Below, one piece after another: positions 13,251 through 26,352 of a stretch of 64,000 bases of DNA (the first letter of the stretch is position 1; every line of letters starts with the position of its first letter). The notes beneath the pieces were generated by a model. That model was not told the origin of the DNA and searched no databases. It saw nothing but the letters and a program-made list of their open reading frames with translations. The translations under genes and the position numbers were made by a program. Source of the stretch: Octopus sinensis (taxonomy: Eukaryota); the NCBI RefSeq assembly GCF_006345805.1, contig NC_042998.1, positions 169,074,001-169,138,000 of the forward strand, in the 5' to 3' direction.

Positions 13251-13396
13251 TACTCTAGGCACAAGGCCCAGAATTTCGGGGGAGGGGAGGCCAGTCGATT
13301 AGATCGACCACAGTATGCAACTGGTACTTAATTTATCGACCCTGTAAGGACGAAAGGCGGAATTTGAACTCAGAACGTAAAGACAGGCGAAATACC
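13251..13396 (-). mobile_element. SINE family A, head-less body with tail type B
   Basis: Minus strand ggtatttcgcctgtctttacgttctgagttcaaattccgcc...ggccttgtgcctagagtagaaaag. Confidence 0.8.
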
Positions 13397-15035
13397 GATT
13401 TCAACATAGAAGGTACGTGCATAATATCGGGGAACTAAAATTATAAAAAGGAGGCATAAAGAAAGAAGCAAAATTAGAAGAAACGAATGAATCATGAAAA
13501 AGATAATATAATGAGGCGGTTGCCCACTCGACCCCCGAAGTCGAGTGGTTACATTGAAACCGTTTTACCGTTCAATCACACCTATCTAAAATTCAGCAGT
13601 TCAATACCGTAGTCATGTTTTAGTTCGATATAACAGGTCTGTTTTGGCAATTGCTCTCTTTCCACGATCATCGTCCACAACTCAGTACCCTTATCAACAT
13701 TTTTATTTACTATCTCCATTTGTGCCTTATTTAACAATGGGCATATAATAGGATCACCATCTACATCGAAGAATTCCACTTCGACCACATCCTTCCACTC
13801 GCTCACCAGGTTTACAACTTCATCCTCCGCGTCCGCATACAAAACGCAAGCAAAACAAACAAGGGGAGAGGGAGCCATATCTACATCATGTGTGTTTGCA
13901 TTTCTTTTCTGTTTTGTTGTTGGAGGGGAATGGGTAGGTTTGGTGTTTACATGGGAAGAGTGTGGTGAAAAGGGAGAGGGAGGGCACTAGGTGGGTTGGG
14001 GTTCACGAGTACTTACTTTCTTTTTCTTTTTTTTTCTTTTCCCAGCTATTTCCCATTCCCTATCTTCTAATACAGGAGTTTTTCTTTCTACTTCTTCTAT
14101 CCTCTCCTGTGGTGGTGGCTGTAGCCCTTCTACCATTTTGGGTGGTGGACGGCTGTTCACTCTTATGTGGCCTTTCCGGCCACATTTAAAGCAGCGAGGA
14201 ATCCGGTCCTCCACCCACACTTTCAGGATCAAATCCCCAATCCACAGGTTCTCGGGAAGCACTTCGAGGACCTCCACCTCAGCTTGGACGGTAATTTCGA
14301 TGATTTGTCCCTTCCATGTTGCTTCTTCCATCACTTCCGTTTGAATTACCTTCACCTCTTTTTCTCTTTCAATAAAGAGAGCCGCCACCACCCAAGCCGC
14401 ATCGATTTCAGGGGGAATCCCATCCACTTTGAATTTGGCAATTCTCTTGCCCATGTAAGACGGCAAGAGGACTACCTTTTCCGTTTTTAAGACTTTGGCA
14501 GCGTGGGCTATCGCTCTTTCCTCTGTTTTATAATGAACAATAATCGTCCCGAACTTGCTACCTCTGGCCAAATAGGTAATATCGGGCCAGACTGTCATCA
14601 GCGCCTTGTCTATCTCTTTTCCCTAAATGTGGTCGACTCTCTTTTTCTCAACTGAGTAAACTTTGTAAGTTACCATCTTCTTTTGGATTTCCTCCATCCT
14701 TGTCTGCGGTGGGGACAACATCACGTCGTTCCCCACCTTTACAGCCATTCTACTGTCTCTTTCCATATTTGCCAGGTTTATTTTCTTCATTCTCATCTCG
14801 ATTGCCTCTGCAAAACTTTTCTTTTCCAGACATGCGTCCAACATCTTTACTGTCTTAATCAGTTCTTCCTCCGAAGCGGACAACTCAGTTTCGCTTAGGT
14901 CCGAATATACACGACTTCCACCTGCCATCTCTCAGTACTGCCGAGAGACAGCACAACAACTCAAAAACCGCTGCAAACGCAGCACAAAGAACTACAGACC
15001 AAACAAACAAGCTCGTACAACTCACAGAGATGATA
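13397..15035 (-). mobile_element. ORF1-only (gag-like) non-LTR retroelement, L1/Tx1-like
   Basis: 5' leader, one long reading frame with a zinc knuckle, 3'UTR stem-loop and T-rich tail; no APE or RT. The 5' boundary is approximate. Confidence 0.6.
13582..14928 (-). pseudogene. ORF1p/gag-like protein (~448 codons, two in-frame TAG stops)
   Basis: ORF-track pieces 14623-14928, 13987-14598 and 13582-13878 lie in one frame and the linkers translate openly (GKEIDKAL; CPPSPFSPHSSHV...). Degenerate CCHC knuckle RCFKCGRKGHIRVNS followed by a Lys-rich stretch. Confidence 0.7.
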
Positions 15036-15481
15036 TATCTATATTTCTTTACTACCCACAAGGGGCTAAACACAGAAGAGACAAACAAGGACAGACAAAC
15101 GGTTCAAGCCTACGCTTGAAGATGTGTGTGCGTATGTGTGTATCTGTGTGTGTGCGCGAGTGTGTATCTATGTATGGTCGCGCATATATATATGAATAAA
15201 TTATTAGAAATGGCTTTTCTACTTTAATAAATAAATGTTTGTAAGTTATTAGGTGCTTACAAAAAAGACTTCGATGTGAGTTTCTCGTTTAAAAGCGGTT
15301 TTCATTTGATATTTTAGAGTTTTTACCCACTATTTAGGTCACCTTGTGTACATACCTAATAACTTATAAAAATCTAATTATTAAAGTGGAAAAATTATCA
15401 AAAAGTCTTTTCAATTAATTTTTTCAAATATATAATACTATATCAAGCACTTTCTATTTCTTATTCTACTACATAAGTGTA

Positions 15482-16320
15482 CGAGGTCTGATCAATAAGT
15501 ATTCGGACTGTTGCTATAGTAACAAAGCTAAAACACACAGAGTAAAGCCGCTCGGCAAAGCTTAACCTTGAACTCTGATGTGCATGTTCACTAAGTTTTA
15601 GCGTTCTAGCTCACTTACGCTGTTCACAGCAGTGCTCGGAAGGAAGGTGTATAGCGTGTAATCGTCGCATTGATCAAGACAGAAAAAGTTGCCATGGCAA
15701 TACTTGCTTAGAGGTCTACACAAAGTTGCAGAAAGAATATGGAGAGGAGTGTTTGAGCCACACAAATGTACGATGGTTCAGACGTTTCCAAGATGGCCGA
15801 AAAATGTAGATAGTGACAAACGTTCTGGAAACCAGCTACCAGCAGAACTGAGAAAAACATTGCAGATGTGCGTGTAGCTGTGAGGGGAAATCGTCAAATC
15901 ACCATCCATGAGTTATCAGAGAATGTGCAGATTAGTTACAGTTCATTTCAGTCCATAATCATTGAAGATTTGGGTATGAGACGCATGTCTGCCATGTTTG
16001 TGCCAAAAGTACACTCGGGTTTCAGATGCACAAAATCTTGATTGTGTTAAGAACGATGAAAGCTTTTTGAAAACTTTGCGTATGCCTCTGAGCAGATATC
16101 ACCAAACTTTTGGGGAAAATCTGATGCAAATTGTTCGCTCAACTTTCTTTGTCATAGTCAATGCGACTATTACTCGCTACACACCTTCCTTCCAAGCACT
16201 GCTGTAAACAACGGAAGTGAGCTAGAACGTTAAAACTTAGTGCACATCACAGCGGAGTTCAAGCTCAATATGTGCCAAGCGGTTTCACTATGTGTGCTTT
16301 AGCTTCGTTATTATGGCAAT
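15482..16320 (+). mobile_element. Internally deleted mariner with long (~165-bp) inverted termini
   Basis: TA|cgaggtctgatcaataagt start; ~15510-15675 inverted at ~16155-16320; transposase remnant between. Confidence 0.8.
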
Positions 16321-16330
16321 ATATATATAT

Positions 16331-16920
16331 AAATAAATATATATATATATACCGGAGTAAGCACATAAATGTGAAACAAGGTGGAAAAAAGAGTTCTCAA
16401 ATACCAGAGGTAGAGTAATATGCTTTATTTAAAAGCAGCAGAGATATAACAAAAGCTGTTACTCAGATGTTCACGGACAGCTTTGTTAAAATGGAACAGA
16501 ATATAACGATATAATCAAAACTAGTTAAAGGATACACCTTTAAAAATGAAACTAGTTAAAGGAACACCTTTAAAAACGAAACCTGGCCTTTCATCGTGTC
16601 ATGGATAATTTAATTAAAGCATCACCTTACAGACACCGTGCGCATAAAAAACCCATCAAATGTAATTTATGTCTTTTGGAAAAATTCTATATTTTATTCT
16701 AGAACAATAGCGCTTTGAATCAAAGACGCGAACTCCTGAATTCCTGCAGACACGCAACAAAATTTAAAATGTCAGCTGACAAAATACCATACGGATAATA
16801 TATATTTTTTGAATCTTGAACTAGTTTTCAATCCCACTGTTGGATTTATATTTTGTAGTGCAGGGTTTATTTCGCATCGCAAAGATATTGTATATATTTC
16901 GACGTATTTCTTAAGAAAAC
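16331..16920 (-). mobile_element. Penelope-like 3' end; inverted partner at ~18055-18192 (+)
   Basis: ~135 bp shared in inverted orientation; partner has a hammerhead-like motif at 18121-18158; weak C-terminal remnants SKYIQYL and ACLQE. Confidence 0.55.
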
Positions 16921-18205
16921 CTTCGACTGTTATATGTATATATTATTTTCATTTTTAAGATTTTATTTTTTTTTCATTTTATTGTATTTTACAAACCCAT
17001 TTAATCGTTATATTTATAGATAATTCGATTTTTGGTGTTCCATTTTTCATATGTTTTTATCCGATTTTTATTATTATACACTCAGCAATTTTTTAAAATG
17101 TTGTTTAGGACCTAGATATGTTTTCATGTGGATGGCTGTATCGTAGGCATGCTTATGTATTTGTATGTGTGCGTCTGTGTATATGTGTAAGTAAGCGTGT
17201 ATGTTTATACTTGTACACATACGCACATGGATGTATATGTATGCATGTATACACTTATATTTGTGTGAATATGTATTTAGATGCATATTTCCATATATTT
17301 ATATACGTGATCGTATATATGTATTTATATGTTAATATATACTTATGTGTATAGATGTGTGTGTGTGTGCATGCGTGCGTGTGTGTAATATTATTTTGTG
17401 TACGTTTGTTATACATATTCTATCACTTATCTCTCTTTCTTTTTTCTTTCCTTACACAAAGTATCCTTTTTCTCCCCATTCGTTAATTTGATAACGTCCT
17501 TAAACAATGCATTCCTCTTCTCCCACCTCTTACTTCTCTCTTTCTTTAGCTAGCTGTTACGTTTACGGTTCTTCTTATTTTCTTTTTCTTTCCCCCCTCT
17601 CTACGTCTAAGATATACTGCCAATCTCTTTTGTCTGTTATAACTGAATTGTATATGTCTAACACCAAGAGATTTTTGTACACGGGCATAGCTGCGTACAT
17701 ATATGTGAAAATACACATATGTGCATATGTGTACTTGTGCGCATGTTTATGTCTTACATATATATACCTGTATATGTGTGTAACTATGTGCATGCATCTG
17801 TGTATTTTGATGTATGTATGTATATCATAGATGGTCTAGTATGGATATATACTGTTGTAAAATATTTATGTAATGCAGCGTAAAAATTTTAATTTTAATT
17901 TATTAATTGACTTATATTGCGTATATAATTATTTACAATATGTATTTTTAATCTACTCTTCGATTTACAATAGAACGAATTTATATTGAATTCATTTATT
18001 TTGTTCATTGCATGCTTAAGACCGTTAATTGAAAGGACCAATGAAACAAATCCATTTTTAAAGGTGTATCCTTTAACTAGTTTTGATTATATCGTTATAT
18101 TCTGTTCCATTTTAACAAAACTGTCCGACGAACGGGAACGTGAAACTCTGAATAACGGCTTTTTTTATATTTCTACTGCTTTTAAATAAAGTATATATAT
18201 ATATA

Positions 18206-18388
18206 TTCTTTTATTTGTTTCAGCCATTTGACTGTGGCCATGCAGGAGCACCGCCTCTAGCCGAACAAAAATCGCCCCCACGACTTAGTCTTTGTAAGCC
18301 TGGTACTTATTCTATCGGTCTCTTTTCCGAACCTCTACGTTTTGTGGACGTAAAGACACCAACATGGTGGAGGACAAAAACAGACACA

Positions 18389-18454
<66 letters not shown>

Positions 18455-18627
18455 ATATATATATACCACGGGCTTCTTTCAGTTTCCGTGTACCAAATCC
18501 ACCAAGGCTTTGGTCGGACCGAGGCTATAGTAGAATACACCAGCCTAAGGTGCCACATAGTAAGACTGAACCCGGAACCATGTGGCTGGTAAGCAAGCTA
18601 CTTACCACCACACAACCACTCCTGCGC
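18206..18627 (-). mobile_element. tRNA-derived CORE-like SINE (family B) with internal (TA)/(TG) tract
   Basis: tRNA-like head, CORE-like segment, tail ggcggtgctcctgcatggccacagtc...ctgaaacaaataaaagaa. Other copies at 38595-38912, 44009-44690, 36770-36965 and 56240-56398. Confidence 0.85.
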
Positions 18628-18637
18628 ATATATATAT

Positions 18638-18715
<78 letters not shown>

Positions 18716-19033
18716 ATATAATATATATATATATATATGTATGTATGTATGTATATATGTATATACTAAACACTAGGCATAGCCTAGTAGTAGGGTGTTG
18801 CACTAACGATCGCGTGTTTTTGAGCAAAACACTTCATCTCAAGTTGCTCTGCGATCACTTCGACGTGTGACGCGTGATAGACCGTGGACCTGTTCAGACA
18901 ATATGGATTTGATGGAGAGAATGACCTAATGTCTGACACGAACATTTGACATTTGATCACATTAAACGTATCATTTGTGCAGTTCGTTCAGGAAAAACCG
19001 AAGGTTCATACGTCGTCTTCGACGGGAGACTCT

Positions 19034-19093
<60 letters not shown>

Positions 19094-21502
19094 CATACAT
19101 ACATACATACACACATACATACATACATACTACATACATACATACATACATACATACATAAGGTCAAGTAGAATTATTAGTAAATAATACAGCTTAAGAA
19201 AATAGCCCGAAATAAATGCTGCTCAATATCCTTGGGTCTCCGTAAAATCATTTTGACCATATAAATCATTTGCATTATTGTAATTGTGCTTGTTTTGTTT
19301 TTTTTATTCCTTTTCAATTCTTAAGTAGATGAAATGTTTCGCCTTGTCAGTGATTTGATAACATAGAAAGGGCGGTTAAGGGAAAAGTCATAATAGACAT
19401 AAACACAGAATTGTGAGCCAAAATTAGTTTATAAAATTGCACCTATTTCATAATTGTATTCATCTTGGGGTACTTGTTGCTTTTTGTTTTGTTTTGTATT
19501 TCTTTTTTCTAGTTTATCTTGTTTAGGTCTACATACATGTTAATTACATCTCGGATTAACTGACATAAAAGTAGCCTCTAGGTGAAACAACTTGATGACA
19601 ACTCCAGTCATTGGAACAATGATTTAATTTAATATAAAAGAATATATTTCTATGGCAAATTTGTAACTGAGAACCCCCTGAAGAGATAGGCTAGTTTAAA
19701 ATTGGAAATAAATATAAAGATTCTAAAAATATCACTGGGAAAGCAAGTGATATTAAAATAAAGCTATCGTATGAAAAGAATATGCAGGAAGTTTTAAGAA
19801 AAAGACCTTCGCTGGCATGGTATCCGTAAACTGCTTTAATTTCCTGCAATATCAGGTATGTCATGAATTCTGTATTGGAAGAAAGTTATTCAAAATTAAT
19901 TTTTATATGTGTAACAAGGCTTTTTTGTGATTTCACACGCGTGTAGTGTTCCCTCGCGCAATAAAGTGGTGTATGCAATAATAATGTTTGACCATAAAAG
20001 AGATGCAGTTAAAATTCTGAATTCTTTTTCCTTATGGAGGATGCATTTAAATTTAAACCTTAGGCTAATCCAATGGTTTTAATTGTTTTCTATTCCACGC
20101 TCGATCACGACTACTTTAGATAGCAAATTTCATTTCCCTTTTTATTTTTCAGTTATCCTTAATGTTAACACGGATCGGCTTATAATTAGTAGAAGATGGT
20201 AAGATTGTACTTTCAATTTGCCTAAAGACTAATTTATTCTCTTATTGAATATAAAGTCTGAATGTGTGTTTTTTTTTGGGGGGGGCGGTTCTTTATTTTA
20301 GGAAAGTTTCATAAAAGAGTATCCATTAAATTCATGAAACAACTATAAAAAAATTTTAGAAGCTGTAAAATTCAAGAACATTTTAAAGGCCACTTTTAAT
20401 AAGTCAGAAGGTAAAAATATTAAATATTAAACTTTTAAATAATTCGGACCAAACTATTGGAGCAAATCTCGAATGAGTAACTTGATCGTTGTTTAATTCT
20501 AGTATCGTCCACTAATTTCATGTCAAAATTGCGCTTTTGGTTACTTATATATAAAATCCAATAACTACTTATGCCCCTTTATTCGATTTCATTGGTATTT
20601 AAATGCATTTTATTGACTCCAGAACGACGTACAATTTATAACTGCAGCGACATTCGAGTTCGCGAATGTATGATTCTAAACAGATATTCATACAGTATCC
20701 TTGCTACTGTACATATCAGCTGTTGATATACTTTATATTCTTTAAGATTGTATAAACAATATAGCATCGATTGACTATGGCTTATTCTTGAGTGACTGAT
20801 AAAGCGTCAGTTTAGCAAACTTTTGCCATAGCTTGTAACCAAATGTGCACACAACCACATGTTCTATAACCTAATTCCTTAGGCAGCATATTCAGAACAA
20901 AGAGGATACAGAACGTCGAGGCAACAATATGAATAAATTTTATTGTTTTTGTGCACAGTTCTTGATGCTTGTTTTTACGGTTAATAGTTTGACCTAAATG
21001 AAAGTTCATCCCTAGGATATAAAAAATTGTGAAAGGATACTTTTATAAAAGTTCCCATATAGCCTCAGTATTTAACTTCCATTGTGCTATATGATTTTTG
21101 TACTGTTTGCTACATGTGACAATACATGTAAATGTGAGGTGTGTAAATCTTATTCTAATACTTTATGAATTTTGATAAATCCTTTTATTAACATCTTAAA
21201 TAATAACATTCAGGAATCGATTTTCAATAAGGAAATAAATTAAACGAAAATAGTCATCTAACATCGAGTGCAAATAAATACTCTAAATAATATTATGAAC
21301 AAGGAATATCTAGATTTCTGAATCTATAATCTGTTATTAGATATCTGATTGACATCATACTTATATGCAAACAAAATTCGCCCGGTTATTCAACAGCAAC
21401 TAATGCACGATATCTGAGATGTTTGTACAACACTGATAATACTTAAAGAAAATCTTTGATAACCTATTATCAACGATTTTTTGTAAGCCTAACCTGTTCT
21501 GA

Positions 21503-21787
<285 letters not shown>

Positions 21788-21795
21788 ATATATAT

Positions 21796-21835
<40 letters not shown>

Positions 21836-22596
21836 GTTATTGTTGTTAATAATATCACGGATTTCCTAGCAAAGATCACACTGGTGTTATAAAATGGATC
21901 ATATTTTCATAAAGAATAAACAACGTACTAGATTTGTTTTTGTACCTTACGCCTAAATTATTTCTCTGATGTGACTAAGCAACCAGACAGTACTATCGGG
22001 ATTCAGAATTTATGGATATAGATATAAATAAACGAGCAGTAGGTTGCACGCTTCTAAAGATATCTGCTTTAATATAAAACTTTACGATGTCTGATAATAT
22101 GCAATTATCATGGATGAATATATATATAAAAAAAGACACATCATTAATATTAGTTTTATGCTTTGCTATTTGTTTATAGACTGCATTGATATTAAAAGCA
22201 TGAACGTATATAGGATTACAAAAATTTCAAATATGCTGCTTTCATTTTTAATGGCAACTTTATAGGAATCTATTAACTCCACAAGGAATCGATACAAAGT
22301 GTAATATAGCGATAGAGAGGTAGAACAGGAGATTTGCTAAATAAACTAAAAATATATGCCAGCCTAGAAACGATTGATTTTCAATCTTTTATTTAGGAAA
22401 ACGAAAACGGACCTTGGTCAATACTGGATAATTCTGAAGTTGATTGATTGACCGAGAGTCACCAAATACCCTACCTTCCGGTTAATTGCAGTCTAGCGCA
22501 CACACACATACACACACACAGATACACACACATTCATACACACATACATACATACATACATACATACATACATACATACATACATACATACATACA

Positions 22597-22628
<32 letters not shown>

Positions 22629-23142
22629 CATGCGTGTTCGCTAAAATGCAACTAACTGTTGTATAACTGTTACATAACGTTTTAATTTTCGCACTTAATT
22701 ATGAATAAATTTAATATATAACTATGTGTATAAAATTAGTGTATGCATGTGCGTGTGTGTACGTATGTCTGTGTGACCACACTCGTAAGTTTGTTCACAT
22801 TCACGTTTCAGTGTACATCTTCCTAATGAATATTGTAACTATTTAGTAAACTAGAAAGTATAATTGTAAACATTGGATAATTTAGCTCAGTTTAAAAAGA
22901 ATAACTATTTCATCGTATTGATTTGATGTTGGAGTAATGAGGTAGCATATGGCAATTTCATGTGAGAATACACCACTTTGAAGATGAATTATGTAAAATT
23001 CATATAGGAAAGCAATTAAGTATTATGCACATTATATATATGCGTCAACGATTCAGTTACATTAACATTGATAAACTATAATAATAAACCGCTTAAATTA
23101 AAATTATTTCATCTTTATTTTTATGACAACTAAGTTAAATTA

Positions 23143-23975
23143 ATGCACAGATTCACACACACACACATGCACATACGCACACACAAATACTCGTTCACAT
23201 ACACATACACACACAAATACTTTCTCATGCACACCCAAATACTCTCACACACACTCACACGCACATACACACGCAAATGCACGCTCATACACATACAACA
23301 CGAACGCACACACGCACACACATACGCACACACACACACGCACGCACACATGCATATACACACACACAAATACTCATTCACACACACACACACACACACA
23401 AATACTATCTCACGCACACACAAATATTCTCACACACACTCACACGCACATACACACGCAAACGCACGCGCATACACATACAACACGAACGCACACACGC
23501 ACACACATACGCACACATACGCACGCACACATGCATATACACACACACAAATACTCATTCACATACACACTTACAAATACTATCTCCCGCACGCACAAAT
23601 ACTCTCACACACACACTCACACCCACATACACACGCACGCGCACACACATACAGCACGCACACACACACACGCATACACACATGCACACACTCACACAAA
23701 TACTCATTCACATACACACACACACAAATACTCTCTCACGCACACACACATACTCTCACACACACACACTCACACCCACATACACACGCACGCGCACACA
23801 CATACAGCACGCACACACACACACGCATACACACATGCACACACACACAAATACTCATTCACATACACACACACACAAATACTCTCTCACGCACACACAA
23901 ATACTCTCACACACACACACATACACACTCACACATACACACACTCACACACACATGCACACACACACACACACT
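23143..23975. repeat. Higher-order CA-rich minisatellite
   Basis: Recurrent cacacacaaatactcattcacatacac...caaatactctcac blocks with ~125-190-bp periods; source of the spurious 352-aa ORF. Confidence 0.85.
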
Positions 23976-24203
23976 TGTAGAGTCAGACATGAAACGAATA
24001 TCTCAACATGCCTCGCATTCTGACGAGCGCACAGTTATATGCTTCACGCATGCGTACAAGCTCATAGACGCAGTTAACAAAAGCGCGGTTGATAAACATA
24101 TTGGTTTCAAAGAAATAAATCAACTTATTTATGAAAGGATCCTGCCATCGCCAGCTGTTGTGATAAAAGAGGAAATGATTACTGAGATTTACTGTTCGTA
24201 GTG

Positions 24204-24254
<51 letters not shown>

Positions 24255-24323
24255 TGTGTGTGCGTGCGCGTGTGTGTGTGTGTATGTGTGTGTGTTATGT
24301 GTGTGTGTATGTGTGTGTGTGTG

Positions 24324-24366
<43 letters not shown>

Positions 24367-25266
24367 TGTGTGTGTTTTGAAGATATCTTCGAATGACAGT
24401 TTTAGGTTTGTTGTGTTTCTTTCTCACAATATCGCATACAAAAATACTGTTGAATAGACAAGAATGTTTGTCGTTGTCTTATCCAAGAAATGATTTAAGC
24501 TACCTGTGTTTGACTTCAGAAAAATATGTTACTTGACACGCCACTAAAATAAAATAAGAGACAACCTCACAAAGCGATAAGCCTATATATATATATGTGT
24601 GTGTGTGTGGTATCTGTGTGGGTGTTGGTGTGCGCGCGTGTGTGTGTGGCTTTATATGTAGATTATAAAGACAGTTGTTTCATATTAAGTCCGCTTTGAC
24701 ATTATAATATATAGAAATCACCATTACATGAGCGTTTCTGTCGTCACCAAGACCCATAACTCGGGCATGGTGTACAATTCTAACAGACCACACGGTTTAA
24801 TCACTTCTTGGTCCTTCGACGGGTGTCTTTGGGAGAGTTTGTTATGCTGCAAGCAATGGGTCAAAACCTAGATCTACTCCCGTCCACGTCCAGATTTTTT
24901 TCATGCAGATCTTCAGACAATGGGACCGTCACAAGCACAAGAGATGGTTTTAAATATTTAAGGAGTAGAACGTACAATTTCCTGTAAGTCAGACAAAATA
25001 GGAAAAGCGTTGGCCTGGAGGATAGTATAGGAGATGCGCTGGGACAGTCACTTAAACTCACGGGGGTCGCACTTGCAGACAGCAATCTGTGTCACGGTAG
25101 TGGTGAACAGGGACATCGTCCGGGAGCCAGAAACGCCGGAGGTTCCCACTGTCACAGACTCGACCACAAACCTATCGGTGAGCCTGAGCTGGTAATCAGC
25201 CTCAAAGTCTACGGTAGATCTCATCTATTTCGAATGCAAACTTGCGGTTCTTCTCCATGGGCTTAA

Positions 25267-25656
25267 TCTCTATATATATAAAGCTGAAGTTGTCTGTGTA
25301 TGGCAGGTTTGGTAGCCTTCAGCTAACACTATCTCCTCCAAGACCCTGCGGCGCAAGTTGACCAAAATTGAGAGTATGATAGAAGAAGGCTTGCTCTTCC
25401 TTCGGTAGAAGAAAAAATTCAAATCGGACCATGTTAACACCAAAAATTATTTACATCAAAAAGATGCTTTTTTCTATGAAAATCCCTATTTTTTACGATT
25501 TTTTCATAGCTGTGTCGCTATTTTTCGATGTATTTCAACCAGAAAAATGTTCACTTAAAGAAAATAACAACTACATAATGCAAAATTTTTACTTTTCGAA
25601 AATTCCAATTCCAAAGGATCGAAACAAACCCGAGCAACGCCGGGCGATACTGCTAG
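25267..25656 (+). mobile_element. Non-autonomous Helitron, family 1
   Basis: A|TC start, 3' hairpin cccgagcaacgccggg, CTAG|T end. Confidence 0.8.
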
Positions 25657-26056
25657 TTATAAATAAAAATAAAATACACGTTGCAACAGCGCTGATGAGA
25701 TGAGAACTATGAACTTTCCGGTTATTTTTAGCCCGACACAATTTAAATTCTGTATAGTAAGAGAAAACTCCAATGTCAAATGCTTTCAGAAAAGAAAATA
25801 CTGAACAATATCATTTTCTTCTTTGCTATAAATATGTTGCCTTAACAGATATGCGTGGAATAGCAGCATACAGGAAATTAGATGTTCAACAACAGTCATG
25901 TCTCTTTAGCTGTCACTTCAAAAGTCCTCCTTAAGTACAACATATATCTAAAACGTTTTTGTAAAAGACGAAAAGGACATTCTAAATTGTACAGCAACTA
26001 GCATCCTTCAGTGCTATTTAGAAGGAAAAAAAGCTAAAAAAAATCCAATATCCAAT

Positions 26057-26352
26057 GATCCAGGAGAAGAAGAAGAAGAAGAAGAAGAAGAAGAAGAAGA
26101 AGGAGGAGGAGGAGGGGGAGGAGGGGGATGGGGGAGGAAGAGGAGGAGGAGGAAAAGGTGGTGGTGGTGGTGGTGGTGGTAGTGGTGGGTCGGGATGGTG
26201 GTGGGTCGGGATGGTGTTAGGAGGGAGGTGAGGGGTGGGGTGGGGGAGGGGAGGGTGGGTGTGTGGGGTTGGGACGGTGTTGGAGGGGGAGGGTTGGGAC
26301 GGTGTGAGGAGGAGGAGGAGGAGGAGGAGGAAGGGAGGGAGGAGAGAGGAGA
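26057..26352. repeat. Purine/G-rich low-complexity tract (GAA, GGA, GGT)
   Basis: Direct inspection; many G3+ runs. Confidence 0.9.

Noticed and set aside
13515-13575. Possible HDV-like ribozyme in the ORF1-element 3'UTR
   Set aside because: Only a simple stem-loop; I could not build the nested double pseudoknot.
20812-21009. ORF with a GPCR TM6-like stretch (KTIKFIHIVASTFCILF)
   Set aside because: Short, with no good donor site and no neighbouring exons; resemblance may be chance.
23143-24201. 352-aa His/Thr-rich ORF and similar YI, CV and SL ORFs across the track
   Set aside because: Translations of microsatellites; no domain content.
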